A stretch of DNA of 64,000 bases from assembly GCA_030390025.1 (NCBI GenBank), contig CM059432.1, positions 66,590,001 through 66,654,000 on the forward strand. Direction: 5' to 3'. Of the stretch, positions 25,632 to 37,538 are shown piece after piece (the stretch's first letter is position 1; each line of letters starts with the position of its first letter). The DNA comes from Squalus acanthias. Its lineage: Eukaryota. Under the pieces are notes generated by a model. The model saw only the letters and a program-made list of their open reading frames with translations. It was not told the origin of the DNA and ran no database searches. Both the position numbers and the translations under genes were made by a program.

Positions 25632-28600
25632 GGGTGGATAGCCAAAGGCAAAGGGCTGCACCATGCTTTTCAGACTCATCGCTACATAATCTGGTGGAGG
25701 CTGTCAAAGCACACAGGGAGGTCCTCTTCCCTGCTGATAGGTGAAGGAGACCTCCACAAGAAACAAAAAGAGGCTGGCTGGATATAGCTGAGGAGGTCAG
25801 GAGGACCTGGATACAGTGCAGGAAATGCTTCAATGATCTCATGAGGTCAGGAAAGGTGATTGCAATGCCACACTCAACTTCATCCTGATGTGCCTGACAA
25901 CACATCCCCATCACTCTACCTTCCCAAGCCTTCTGCTGCACATCATTCCTCACACCAACATACCTTCCAGGTCCACCCATCCCTCTCTCTCTATGTACAT
26001 ACTCACATTTCCATCTGACTAACCACCCCTGACACTCACCCTCATCCTAATGCAATTATAGCAAGTAACACCACAGAAGGAGGCCATTTGGCATTGGCAC
26101 CCCACTCCCTCATAGTCACCCTCCACAGATGTAACCCATTCATTCCTTACACTCAATCCATCACTCTCACTCAAAGTTCTCTTCTTTCCCACCTTGCAGG
26201 AGAAAAGAGCCCAGAACAACACAGAGGGAGAGAACCAGAGGTGGCCCTCAAGTCTTTGCACAACTAACAGCAGCAGAGGAGGGGGCTCTGGAGATCTCGG
26301 GAGTTGGAGAGATGCTGGCGGTGGGAGACGGAGAGGGGGGGACATCGCAGGAACCTGGTGACAATCACATCTCATAAAGTCACATGGTATACAGCAGTCG
26401 CTCATATGGTGACTGATGTCAGCAGCCAGTGAAATGTCATCATGTGCATAATGGTAACATTACCCATTCTTATTATAAGGCTTCTAATTCATCTCTTTAC
26501 TCTCCCACAGGTCCATCAACTGCACCCCCCCCCTCCACCCCGCCCCCCCCCCCACTGTCTAGCCGGAGGAGGAAGACAACTCCTCTGAGGATGCAGCGTC
26601 AACAGACCCAAGCTCAGCCAGCACCAGTACAGATATGCACACCTCGGTGGGTCCTTTGCGCCATTTTCTTCTTCTCTTTCTTTCTTAGGCAGTCCCTCGG
26701 AACCGAGGATGACTTGCTTCCACACTAAAAATGAGTTCTCAGGTGACTGATGAGTCCAATGCGGGTCCTACAGTCTCTGTCACAGGTGGGGCAGACGGTG
26801 GTTGAAGGGGCGGGTGGGTGGGGTGCTTGGGTTGATGTGCGCTCCTTCCGCTGTTTGCGCTTCGCTTCCGCTTGCTCCCGGCGAAGAGACTCGAGGTGTT
26901 CGGCGCTTTCCCTGATGCTTCTCCTCCACTTTGTGCGGTCTTGGGCCAGGGATTCCCAAGTATCGGTGGGGATGTTGCACTTTTTCAAGGAGGCTTTGAG
27001 GGTGTCCTTGAAGCGTTTCCTCTGCCCACCTGGGGCTCTCTTGCCATGTCGGAGCTCCGAGTAGAGCGCTTGTTTTGGGAGTCTCGTATCGGGCATGCGG
27101 ACGATGTGGCCCATCCATCGGAGCTGATCGAGCGTGGTCAAAGCTTCGATGCTGGGGATGTTGACCTGAGCGAGAACACTGACATTGGTGCGCCTATCCT
27201 GCCAATGGATTTGCAGGATCTTGCGGAGGCAGCATTGGTGGTACCCCTCCAGTGCTTTGAGGTGCCTGCTGTACATGGTCCATGTCTCTGAAGCATACAG
27301 GAGGGCGGGTATCACTACTGCTCTGTAGACCATGAGCTTGGTGCCGGGTTTGAGGTCCTGGTCTTCAAACACTCTCTTCCTCAGGCGACCGAAGGCTGCA
27401 CTGGCACACTGAAGGCGGTGTTGGACTTCGTCATCGACGTCTGCCCTTGTTGACAGTAGGCTCCCGAGGTATGGAAAGTGGTCCACGTTGTCCAAGGGCT
27501 CGTCATGGATTTTGATAATCGGGCAGCAGTATTGTGTGGTGGGGGCAGGTTGGTAGAGGACCTTTGTCTTACGGATGTTTAGTGTAAGGCCCATGATCTC
27601 GTACGCTTCGGTGAAGGTGTTGATGATGGTCTGGAGTTCGGCCTCAGAGTGTGCGCAGACGCAAGCATCATCTGCATACTGTAATTCGCTGACAGAGGGT
27701 GGGATGACCTTGGATCTGGACTGGAGACGACGGAGGTTGAACAGTTTCCCGTTTGTTCTGTAGATTAGCTCCACTCCAGCGGGGAGCTTACTGAGTGTGA
27801 GATGGAGCATTGCAGCCAGGAAGATTGAGAAGAGCGTTGGTGCGATGACACAGCCTTGCTTGACCCTGGTCCGTACGTGAATTGGGTCTGTGGTGGATCT
27901 GTTGGTCAGGATCACAGCTTGCATATCATCGTAAAGCAGGCGGAGGATGGTGACAAACTTTTGAGGGCAGCCGAATTTGAGGAGGATACTCCATAATCCC
28001 TCACGGTTGACGGTGTCGAAGGCCTTTGTGAGGTCAAAGAAGGCCATGTACAGTGGTTGGTGCTGTTCCCTGCATTTCTGTTGTAGTTGACGCGCGGTGA
28101 AGATCATGTCCATTGTGCCCCTTAGTGGGTGGAATCCGCATTGCGACTCTGGGAGGAGTTCTTCAGCCACTGGGAGAAGGGGATTGAGGAGGATTCTTGC
28201 GATGACTTTCTCTGTGGCAGACAGCAGAAAGACTCCTCTGTAATTACCGCAATCAAACTTGTCACCTTTCTTGAAGATGGTTGATTACGGCATCGCTCGG
28301 ACGATGACGTAGTCCAGCAGATGCCCGTGCTTGGAGCGAGGGTGTTGCCATGAAGCCTTGTACTTGTCTCTCTGACGGAACAAGGTGTTGGTTATGACAA
28401 GGCCATGTTCTAAGCATTTCGGCAGGAGGAGGGTGCCATTGGAGTTATCTTTCCCTAGTCTCTCTCTGCCGATCACACCTCCCCAGAGGTCTGTCTCCTT
28501 TCCAACTCTGGCGTTGAATTCGCCAAGGAGGATCAGCTTGTCGCCCGTTGGGACTCGGGACAGGGATTGTTCAAGGCTGGAGTAGAATTCCTCTTTGGTC

Positions 28601-30300
28601 TCGTCTGTGGCTTCCAGTGTTGGGGCGTATGCACTGATGACCGTAGCGCACTGGTTCCAGGCTAGGGTGAGCCGTAGAGTCATGAGGCGTTCGTTTATTC
28701 CACATGGAGAGTCTCTGAGACGTTCAACTAGCTCATTTTTTATGGCGAAGCCTACCCCATGGAGGCGGCATTCTTCTTCAGGTTTGAATTTCCAGAAGAA
28801 GGTGTAACCACCGCCTTGCTCCTTGAGCTGGCCTTCCCCTGCCCGCCGGGTCTCGCTTAGGGTGGCGATGTCTATGTCAAAATGTCTGAGCTCCCGGGCA
28901 ACGATAGCAGTACGGCATTCCGGTCTGTCACTGTTGGGGTTGTCCATGAGGGTCCTGACGTTTAAGGTCCCGAACTTCATTTTAAAGGGTGGAAGATGCC
29001 TGTGCGTGAATTCTTTTAATGTGGGGTGGCCGTTGAACACCAGCTACCACACGGGTTTGACAGAGCAAGGTCTTGGTACAATGGCAAGGGGTTCCAAGAC
29101 GTTTGGAGACTAGGCTCTGCTACATCGGCGTAGCACACACACACAAACATACTCCTACTATCCTCCTCCCTACTTCCTGCAGGTCCTCTCTGCCTGAGTT
29201 TCATACGCTGCAGTGTGGCTCTCCCGACCCCACTGCTGGTCCACGCTGCACCACTCCTGGGCCTCGGCCTCGCTGCTGGGCTCATCCTCGCTCCTGGGCC
29301 TCGTCCTCGCCCCTGGGCCCCGTCCTCGCCCCTGAGCCTCGTCCTCGCTCCTGGGTCCCGTCCTCGCGCCTGGGCCTTGACCTCGCTCTTCGGTCCCGAC
29401 CTCCTTATAGTGTGTCTCCTTCCAGTGAGTGTGTCCCGCGGTGTCTCCTTCCAGTGAGTGTGTCCCGCGGTGTCTCCTTTGCGCCATAGAGTAGAGTTGT
29501 CACCTGGTGTCTAACAATTAAGAAGTGAGTAGGAGCAGGTGGTGTTGACAGGGACAGCAGTGGAGACTCCTCGCCGAGGGCACAGGATGCTCCAAGCTCT
29601 GCTGAGCTGCTTGCAGACGTTGAGCCTCAAGGGCCATTGAGAAAGAGGGTGATCTTGGAGGGACAGCAACAATTCCATGAGGCTCTGGCAGCTTTTACAG
29701 CCACGGTGTCTGCAAATGTGCAGAAAATCGAGGCATCCATCTCCAACATGAGCACCACCATGTCGCAGGCGATGGCAATGATGTGTTGTTCCATGGAAAG
29801 GATGGCCACCTGCATGGAGCAGCAAATGCACCACTCACATGAGCACATGCTAGCTGTGGACAACAGATGGCAGATGCTCATAGACCTCTTAAGGAGGGAT
29901 GTAAACGTAGACTTGGGCGTTTATCGCCCCACTGCTGTGCAGCAAGGTGCTCGCCAGCTCCTTGCTAGCAGGGAAGTGCGGGTAGCTCATGAGAGGGATG
30001 ACGGTGAGAGGAGACATGGAAGTGGGAGCTCTTCTCAAACCACTCACACTTCTCCCCCATTGCCTGCCCCTCAGTCAGTGCACCACACGCTTCCTCGGAT
30101 CCCGATGGCCGAGTCTGCCCCTGCACAGTCGCAGGAGGAGCAGACTTTGGCGGGGCCATCACAGGCTCCAAAACCCAGAGGACGTCCACCAAAAGTGTCT
30201 GATGAGTTGCAGCAGGGAAGTGAGTAGCCTGCCTCTACCTTTGCTGAAACCACAGGAGTTGCACCTCGTAGAAGCACTCGGAAAAGAAAAATGACATAAA
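25632..30300 (+). pseudogene. Harbinger Myb/SANT gene, three exons (to 25855; 26200-26357; 26511 onward, the last interrupted by RTE)
   Basis: RAAPCFSDSSLHNLVEAV...RTWIQCRKCFNDLMRSGK|EKRAQN; GT-AG introns with pyrimidine tracts; one in-frame stop in exon 1. Confidence 0.8.
26665..29474 (-). mobile_element. RTE-clade (BovB-like) LINE with intact ends and a deleted endonuclease-RT linker
   Basis: Endonuclease 28285-28980 (GTLNVRTL, LSETR, SAYAPT, LDYVIV); RT 26725-28170 (481 aa; DLTKAFDTV, KQGCVIAP, YADD, C2H2 finger); (AAG)-rich tail; perfect TSD TCCTTTGCGCCAT at 26652-26664 and 29475-29487. Confidence 0.95.
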
Positions 30301-30569
30301 AGTAGATGCACACATGGGTGTATCAAAAAATGTTAGTGGTAAGTTTTAGTTATTTTGATGACACACATAAATATTTTTCTCTGCACCACTTTTGCGCCTT
30401 GTCCACTTTTGCCTCAAACCTTGGACGTGGCTTTGTCCTTGGAGTGAATATTAAGACATTATTTAACCTCGAGTATTGGGGCATTGGGTGAGAGGAATGG
30501 ATTGTAGGGATGCTTTATGGCGTTGTTGAGTGGGGGAACTTAGTACAGCATGTGGCTGCATTGGAGCAA

Positions 30570-31762
30570 GTTAAATACATCTGGCCATGAAGAGGCCATC
30601 CCGGGTCTCCCGGGTAGCAATGTGCGCCGCTGCTGGTGCCATCTCCACCTCAGCTTCCTCCTCTTCCACCTACTCCTCCTCTTCCTCTGAAGAGGCCGAG
30701 AGCTGTGCGCCATGCTCCTCCTGCAGCTCCAATTCTCGCTGCTGCGCTATTTTGTGCAGCGCGCAGCAGAAGACGCTGTTTCTGGAGACCCTGGCTGGTG
30801 CGTACTGAAGGGCTCCTCCAGATCTGTCAAGGCATCTGAAGCGCATCTTCAGAATGCCTATTGCTTGCTGTATGACACATCTGGTGGAGGTATGGCTCTC
30901 ATTATAATGATCTTCGACCTTAGTAGTTGGCATCCTCAGGGGTGTCATGAGCCATGTCTTCAGTGGCTAGCTCTTGTCTCCAAGCAGCCAGCCAGTAAGT
31001 CTGTTTGGAGATGCAAAGAGCTGAGGGAGGGTGGACTGGCGCAGCACAAAAGAGTCATGCCAGCTCCCTGGGAATCTGGCGCACACATGCATAATCATCT
31101 TTTATTGGTTGCAGATGAGCTGCAAATTGAGGGAGTGGTAGCCCTTGTGGTTCACAAACACTCCTGGGTGACGATGGGGTTCCTTCATAGTCACATGTGT
31201 CCAGTTGATGACACCCTGCACCTGTGGGAAGCAAACAGAGCCGCAAAGCCAATCGCTCGCTCAGTAACACTGGCCTCATCAGTGGTAAGTTGATATAATT
31301 GGCTGACTTGTGAAACTGGGCATCGGTCACCTGGGTGATGCATCTGTGGGCGGCTGACAGCAAGATTCCGCAAATGTCTGCTGCAGATCCCTGGAAGGAG
31401 CCTGAGGTGAAGAAGTTGAGGGCAGTGGTGACTTTGACAGTAAGGCGTGTCCACAAGAACCTCTGGGCAGCAGGTCTTGTTCCAGCAAGCTGTAACTGTC
31501 TGCGACGACCTGGCGCGATAGCCTGAGCCTCCTTTGGCACTGCTGCTCAGTCATGTTGAGGAAGCTGATCCTCTGCCTGTATACCCTATGTTGAAGGTAT
31601 CGCCTCCAGCATGCTGCAGCCCTGTGGTGCCCCCCTCCCTCCTATGTAGCATCACGTCATTGAGGAGAAGGCTGCTGTTGTGGTTGCTAGTGTTGTTGGT
31701 GGTGGGGCTCATCTTGGTCTGATTCTGAGGACCAAGGTAAGACAGTATAAGCGGCACCCATG
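30570..31762 (-). pseudogene. Harbinger DDE transposase relic
   Basis: [70 protein letters not shown]. Confidence 0.9.
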
Positions 31763-31965
31763 CTGATGTAGTAGATGGTAGGTAAAGTGGAGATCAGAGG
31801 GCCAATCCCTCAATATTGTGATAGTGAGTAGCAATGTGGTGAGAGTGGCTTCTGTGGATTCAAAAATGATCTGCAAGTTGCAGACAATCAATCTGTGGGA
31901 AAAAATGGAGTGAGCAAGAGCCTTTCCATGAGGCAAATAATGGGGTGTAATGTTGCAGTATTTAG

Positions 31966-32517
31966 GAACATAGGAACAGCAGTAGATCATTGAGCCCCTT
32001 GAGCCAGTTCTGCCAGTCAATGAGATCACGGCTGATCTCCAACCTAACTCCATATACCCACCTTTGGCCCATATCCCTTAATACCTTTGGTTAACAAAAA
32101 GCTATCAATCTCCGATTTAAAATTAACAATTGATCTAGCATTAATTGCTGTTTGTGGAAGAGAGTTCCAAACTTCTCCCACCCTTTATGTGTAGAAGTGT
32201 TTCTTGATTTCACTCCTGAAAGGTCTGGCTCTAATTTTTAGACTATGCCCCCTAGTCCTAGAATACCCAACCAGCAGAAATAGTTTATCTCTATCTACCC
32301 TATCTGTTCCCCTTAATATCTTAGAACTTCGATCAGATCACCACCTAACCTTCTAAATTCTAGGGCATACAATCGTAATTTGTGTAATCTCTCCTCGTAA
32401 GTTAACCTTTAATAAATAAATAAAGCCAATAAATGCTTCCTAAGGTGTGGTGCCCAGAACTGCTCACAGTTCTTCAGTTGTGGTTTAACCAGGGTTTTGT
32501 ATAGCTACAGCATAACT
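31966..32517 (-). mobile_element. CR1 3' fragment
   Basis: CR1 ORF2 C-terminal motifs and a 3' UTR with a (GGAACATA)-type tail. Confidence 0.75.
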
Positions 32518-32677
32518 CTATGTGCTTTTTCCAGCTCTCAAGGAATGAACTCGCCAATGGCCACTGAGCTTTCGCCTCCCCTTCACAGGCGAGGTACCCA
32601 TCCTCCAGAAATCCCGAGCTCCTGAAGTTAAACTCAAAAGCTGGCATTAAAATCACTCTTAAGGGTCTCTCATAATA

Positions 32678-33990
32678 ACATAAGAACATAAGAAATAGGA
32701 GCAGGAGTAGGCCATTTGACACTTCGAGCCTGCCCTGCCATTCAATAAGATCATGGCTGATCTTCTACCACATCTCCACTTTCCTGCACTATCCCCATAT
32801 CCCTTGATTCCCTTAATATTCAAAAATCTATCAATCTCTGTCTTGAATATACTCAGCGACTGAGCCGCCACAGCCCTCTGCGGTAGAGAATTCCAAAGAT
32901 TCACCACCCTCTGAGTGAAGAAATTTCTCCTCATCTCAGTCCTAAATGGCCAACCCCTTATTCTGAGACTGTGACGCCTGGTTCTAGACTCCCCAGCCAG
33001 GGGAAACATCCTCCCTGCATCTACCCCATCAAGCCCTGTAAGAATTTTGTATGTTTCAATGAGATCACTTCTCATTCTTCTAAACTCTAAAGAATAAAGG
33101 CCTAGTCTACTCAGTCTCTCCTCATAGGACAATCCCCCCATCCCAGAAATCAATCTGGTGAACCTTCATTGCACGCCCTCTATGGCAAGTATATCCTTCC
33201 TTAGATAAGGAGACCAAAACTGTACACAATACTCCAGGTGTGGTCTCACCAGGGCCCTATATAATTGCAGTAAGATGACTTTATTCTTATACTCAAATCC
33301 TCTTGTAATAAAGGCCAACATACCATTTGCTTTCCTAATTGCTTGCTGTACCTGCATATTAACTTTCAGTGATTCATGTACAAGGACACCCAGGTCCTGA
33401 ACTTCAAAATACTCTAATAGATTTGTCAAACATGATTTCCCTTTCATAAATCCATGTTGACTCTGCCCAATCCTGTTATTATTTTCTAAGTGCCCTGTTA
33501 CCACGTTCTTAATAATAGATTCTAGCAATTTCCCTACTACTGATGTCAGGCTAACTGGTCTGTAGTTCCCCATTTTCTCTCTCCCTCCTTTTTTAAATAG
33601 TGGGGGTTACATTTGCTACCTTCCAATCCATGGAAACCATTCTAGAATATGTGGAATTTTGGAAAATAACAACCAATGTATCCACTATCTCTATAGCTAA
33701 CTCTTTCAAAATCCTAGGATGCAGGCCATCAGGTCCAGGGGATTTATTGGCTTTCAGTCCCATTAATTTCTCCAGTACTACTTTTTTTACTAATACTAAT
33801 ATCTTTCAGTTCCTCATTCTCACTAGACCCTTGGTTGTCCATTATTTCCAGGAAGTTTTTTACATCTTCTTCCGTGAAGACAGACACAAAATATTTGTTT
33901 AATTTCTCTGCCATTTCCTTATTCCCCATTATAATTTCTCCTGTCTCAGCCTGTAAGGGACCCACATTTACTTTTGCTAATCTTTTCCTC
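32678..33990 (-). mobile_element. CR1 LINE, 5'-truncated, with the RT catalytic core deleted near 33400
   Basis: YFVSVFT, GNYRPVSLTS, then NLLEYFEV joined directly to QDLGVLVH; (CATAAGAA)n tail. Confidence 0.92.
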
Positions 33991-34836
33991 TCAACAAGCA
34001 CTTAATGATTTCAATGAGGTCGCCCACCTCTGCCAATCGGGTCCATGTCACACCTTCAAAGCCACCCGGGTTAAATGCGCAAGGCGGCGGGATGACGGCG
34101 GGTTCCAGATGTGCTCGCTATTTCCGACATTTTTACTGCTGACCCGCCCCCAACCCCACACGCTTGGCAATGGGAAAATTCCAGTGAGTTCTAGTATTAG
34201 AGGAACTGAGAGATAAAAATATACCATTCAATAAATGTTGAGCTGGTTTGTGAACCCCACTAGCTCCTACACAATAGTACACTATGCTGACCACTGCCAG
34301 GATGCATTTATCTTGAAGGCACTCCATGTTGGAAAGTGTCTGGCTGGATACTTGGTATAAAAATAAATGGCCTTTGTTACATTGGCTAATGGCACCTGTA
34401 CAAATTATAAGAAGGCCGCAGCTGGGTTTCGGTATCCTGACAAAATATGTCCAAGGAACCAGACGAATCCTTAAATCCCAGGTGGTTCCTAGCGAGGGTT
34501 TTACCTCACAGCATAGGCCTAGGAGTGAGTGGTACCTGGTTCAGCTGACCAAACAGTCCTTACAATAGCAGTTCAGGTTAAATTTAAGTTTAATTCAACC
34601 CTCAATTAGGATACTTACAAGCTATTGAGTGAATGAATTAACTCTTTCTTCCTCAATCAAGGAAGATGTTGGACAAGACTGCTTTTTGGTTATGAAATCA
34701 CAACAAGCTTAAAGTTGGGTACAAGACTTAATAAATATGATTAAATGTAGTCCGAGTTATCTAGCAGTCTAAATAGCAAATTAATGGACAGTTACTTAAC
34801 AAACTGAGTAGGCAACTCAATGCCTCACTATAAATC

Positions 34837-34876
34837 TGAGAAGTCGCACAACACCAGGTTATAGTCCAACAGCTTT
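34837..34876 (-). mobile_element. 40-bp Penelope terminal fragment with a 10-bp TSD
   Basis: TGAGAAGTCGCACAACACCAGGTTATAGTCCAACAG matches the hairpin arms; TSD ACTATAAATC at 34827-34836 and 34877-34886. Confidence 0.9.
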
Positions 34877-35713
34877 ACTATAAATCAGCATTAATGGACA
34901 CCGAGTATCAATTATTGCAGTGATCAGAGTTTGAGATTATTACAGTTGTTGAGGTTATTTTAGAGTTAAACTCCTAGACAGCTGACAAGTTAACACCTTT
35001 TATAGCCAGTCTATTGGATAGATCATTTAGATGCTGGTGGTTAGCAATATTTTACAGCTTATACAACCTTGCCTTTGAGCGGCATGATTGAGTCAATCTT
35101 CTTCCATTCCTGCAACACAGGCGTTAGATTCTGGAGCATCAAATTGAAGCAGCAAGGTTACTTGTTCCACTTGGATCTTCAGTTCCAGCTGAACCCACCT
35201 TATGCATGAGCAATGATATCTGAGCTGGCTTCACTCTCTCCTTTCTCTGATCTTGGGCACTTTACATAAAATTACATGGCACTTTGTCTGCTTCTGATTT
35301 TGATGGGTGCAGAACCCTCTTATTTTTATATCTTAATTCCAGTGGGAGGTCTCCCTACATTCAATTAACCAGAGTGACACATGCGCTAGAAGGTCTTACC
35401 CCCTCTGTCAATCAAGACTGATAAATCTGGAGTGCTGTAATGGACACTGGTGGATGTTTTTTATGACCCTTTCATCAATCTTGCATTAAGAGTTTTTTCA
35501 CACAAATGGGAAGGTGTGACATTATGTTCCATTAGGTGTTCTACTTGTGGCCTGATCTAATGGCTTGAACTAACTTAGAACTTGTGTTAGCTAACATTAT
35601 TTCCTAGCGTTCAGTTCAATATCTGAACTTCATTTTGTGTGGTAAACTTTCAAACTGAAACTCCATTTTAGACAGTTCCACAACAAATCCTGTAGGCACC
35701 CTTCAGGCAATTT

Positions 35714-37538
35714 ATAAGAACAGAAGAACATAAGAAATAGGAGCAGGAGTAGACCAATCGGCCCCTCGAGCCTGCTCCGCCATTCAATGAGATCATGGCT
35801 GATCTGATCCAACCTCAACTCTAAAGAACACAAGAAGTAGGAGCAGGACCAGGCCACTCGGCCCCTGGGCCCGCTCCGCCACCCACAGGGCCTTGACCGA
35901 TCCGAACTCAAACTCATGTCCAATTTCCAGCCCGCTCCCCGTAACCCCTAATTCCCTTTACTTCTAGGAAACGGTCTATTTCTGTTTTAAATTTATTTAA
36001 TGAAGTAGCTTCCACAGCTTCCTGGGGTAGCAAATTCCACAGACCCACTACCCTCTGAGTAAAAAAGTTTCTCCTCATCTCAGTTTTGAAAGAGCAGCCC
36101 CTTATTCTAAGATTATGTCCCCTAGTTCTAGTTTCACCCATCATTGGGAACATCCTCACCGCGTCCACCCGATCAAGCCCCTTCACAATCTTATATGTTT
36201 CAATAAGATCGCCTCTCATTTTTCTGAACTCCAATGAGTAGAGTCCCAATCTACTCAACCTCTCCTCGTATGTCCACCCCCTCATCCCCGGAATTAACCG
36301 AGTGAACCTTCTTTGTACTGCCTCGAGAGCAAGTATGTCTTTTCTTAAGTATGGACACCAAAACTGTATGCAGTACTCCAGGTGCGGTCTCACCAATACC
36401 CTATACAACTGCAGCAATACCTCCCTGTTTTTATATTCTATACCCCTAGCAATAAAAGCCAACATTCCATTGGCTTTCTTGATCACCTGCTGCACCTGCA
36501 TACTAACCTTTTGATTTTCTTGCACCAAGACCCCCAGATCCCTTTGTACTGCAGTACTTTCCAGTTTCTCGCCATTAAGATAATAACCTGCTCTCTGATT
36601 TTTCCTGCCAAAGTGCATAACCTCACATTTTCCAATATTGTATTGCATCTGCCAAATCTCTGCCCACTCACCCAGCCTGTCTATATCCCCTTGTAGGTTT
36701 TTTATGTCCTCCTCACTCTCTACTTTCCCTCCCATCTTTGTATCATCTGCAAACTTTGATATGTTACACTCGGTCCCCTCCTCCAAATCATTAATATAGA
36801 TTGTAAAGAGTTGGGGACCCAGCACCGACCCCTGCGGAACACCACTGGCTACTGGTTGCCAGTCCGAGAATGAACCATTTATCCCAACTCTCTGCTTCCT
36901 GTTAGATAACCAATCCTCCACCCATGCCAGAATATTACCCCCAATCCAGTGATTTTTTATCTTGAGTAATAATCTTTTATGTGGCACCTTGTCGAATGCC
37001 TTCTGGAAGTCTAAATACACTACATCCACTGGTTCCCCTTTATCCACCCTATACGTTATGTCCTCAAAGAACTCGAGCAAATTTGTCAGACATGACTTCC
37101 CCTTCATAAAGCCATGCTGACTTTGTCCTATTAAATTATGTTTATCTAAATGTTCCGTTACTGTCTCCTTAATAATAGACTCCAAAATTTTACCCACCAC
37201 AGATGTTAGGCTAACTGGTCTATAATTTCCAGCCTTCTGCCTACAACCCTTTTTAAATAAGGGTGTTACATTAGCAGTTTTCCAATCTGCCGGGACCTTT
37301 GCTGAGTTCAGGGAGTTTTGGAAAATTATTACCAAAGCATCCACAATTCTTACTGCCACTTCCCTCAAGACCCTAGGATGTAAGCCATCAGGTCCAGGGG
37401 ATTTATCCGCCTTGAGTCCCATTATTTTACTGAGTACCAATTCCTTAGTGATTTTAATCGTATTTAGCTCCTCCCCCACTAGAGCCCCCTGTTTGTCCAG
37501 TGTTGGGATATTCTTAGTGTCCTCTACCGTAAAGACTG
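35714..37538 (-). mobile_element. 5'-truncated young CR1 LINE with an uninterrupted 521-aa RT frame (35914-37479) and a tandem double 3' UTR
   Basis: [36 protein letters not shown]; no stop codons; endonuclease domain absent. Confidence 0.96.

Larger units (their letters stand above)
25341..34185. mobile_element. Autonomous-type PIF/Harbinger transposon (decayed) with nested RTE and CR1 insertions
   Basis: Left end GGCCAAAATTTTC, degenerate right end GAAAATTCCAG; three-exon Myb gene on + convergent with a transposase on -. Confidence 0.8.

Noticed and set aside
29255..29474. CRISPR-like repeat array
   Set aside because: The units are directly tandem with no unique spacers, in a eukaryotic retrotransposon leader.
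35914..37479. 521-aa ORF as a host or domesticated gene
   Set aside because: It is the RT half of a 5'-truncated CR1 with an ordinary CR1 tail; the open frame is explained by youth.
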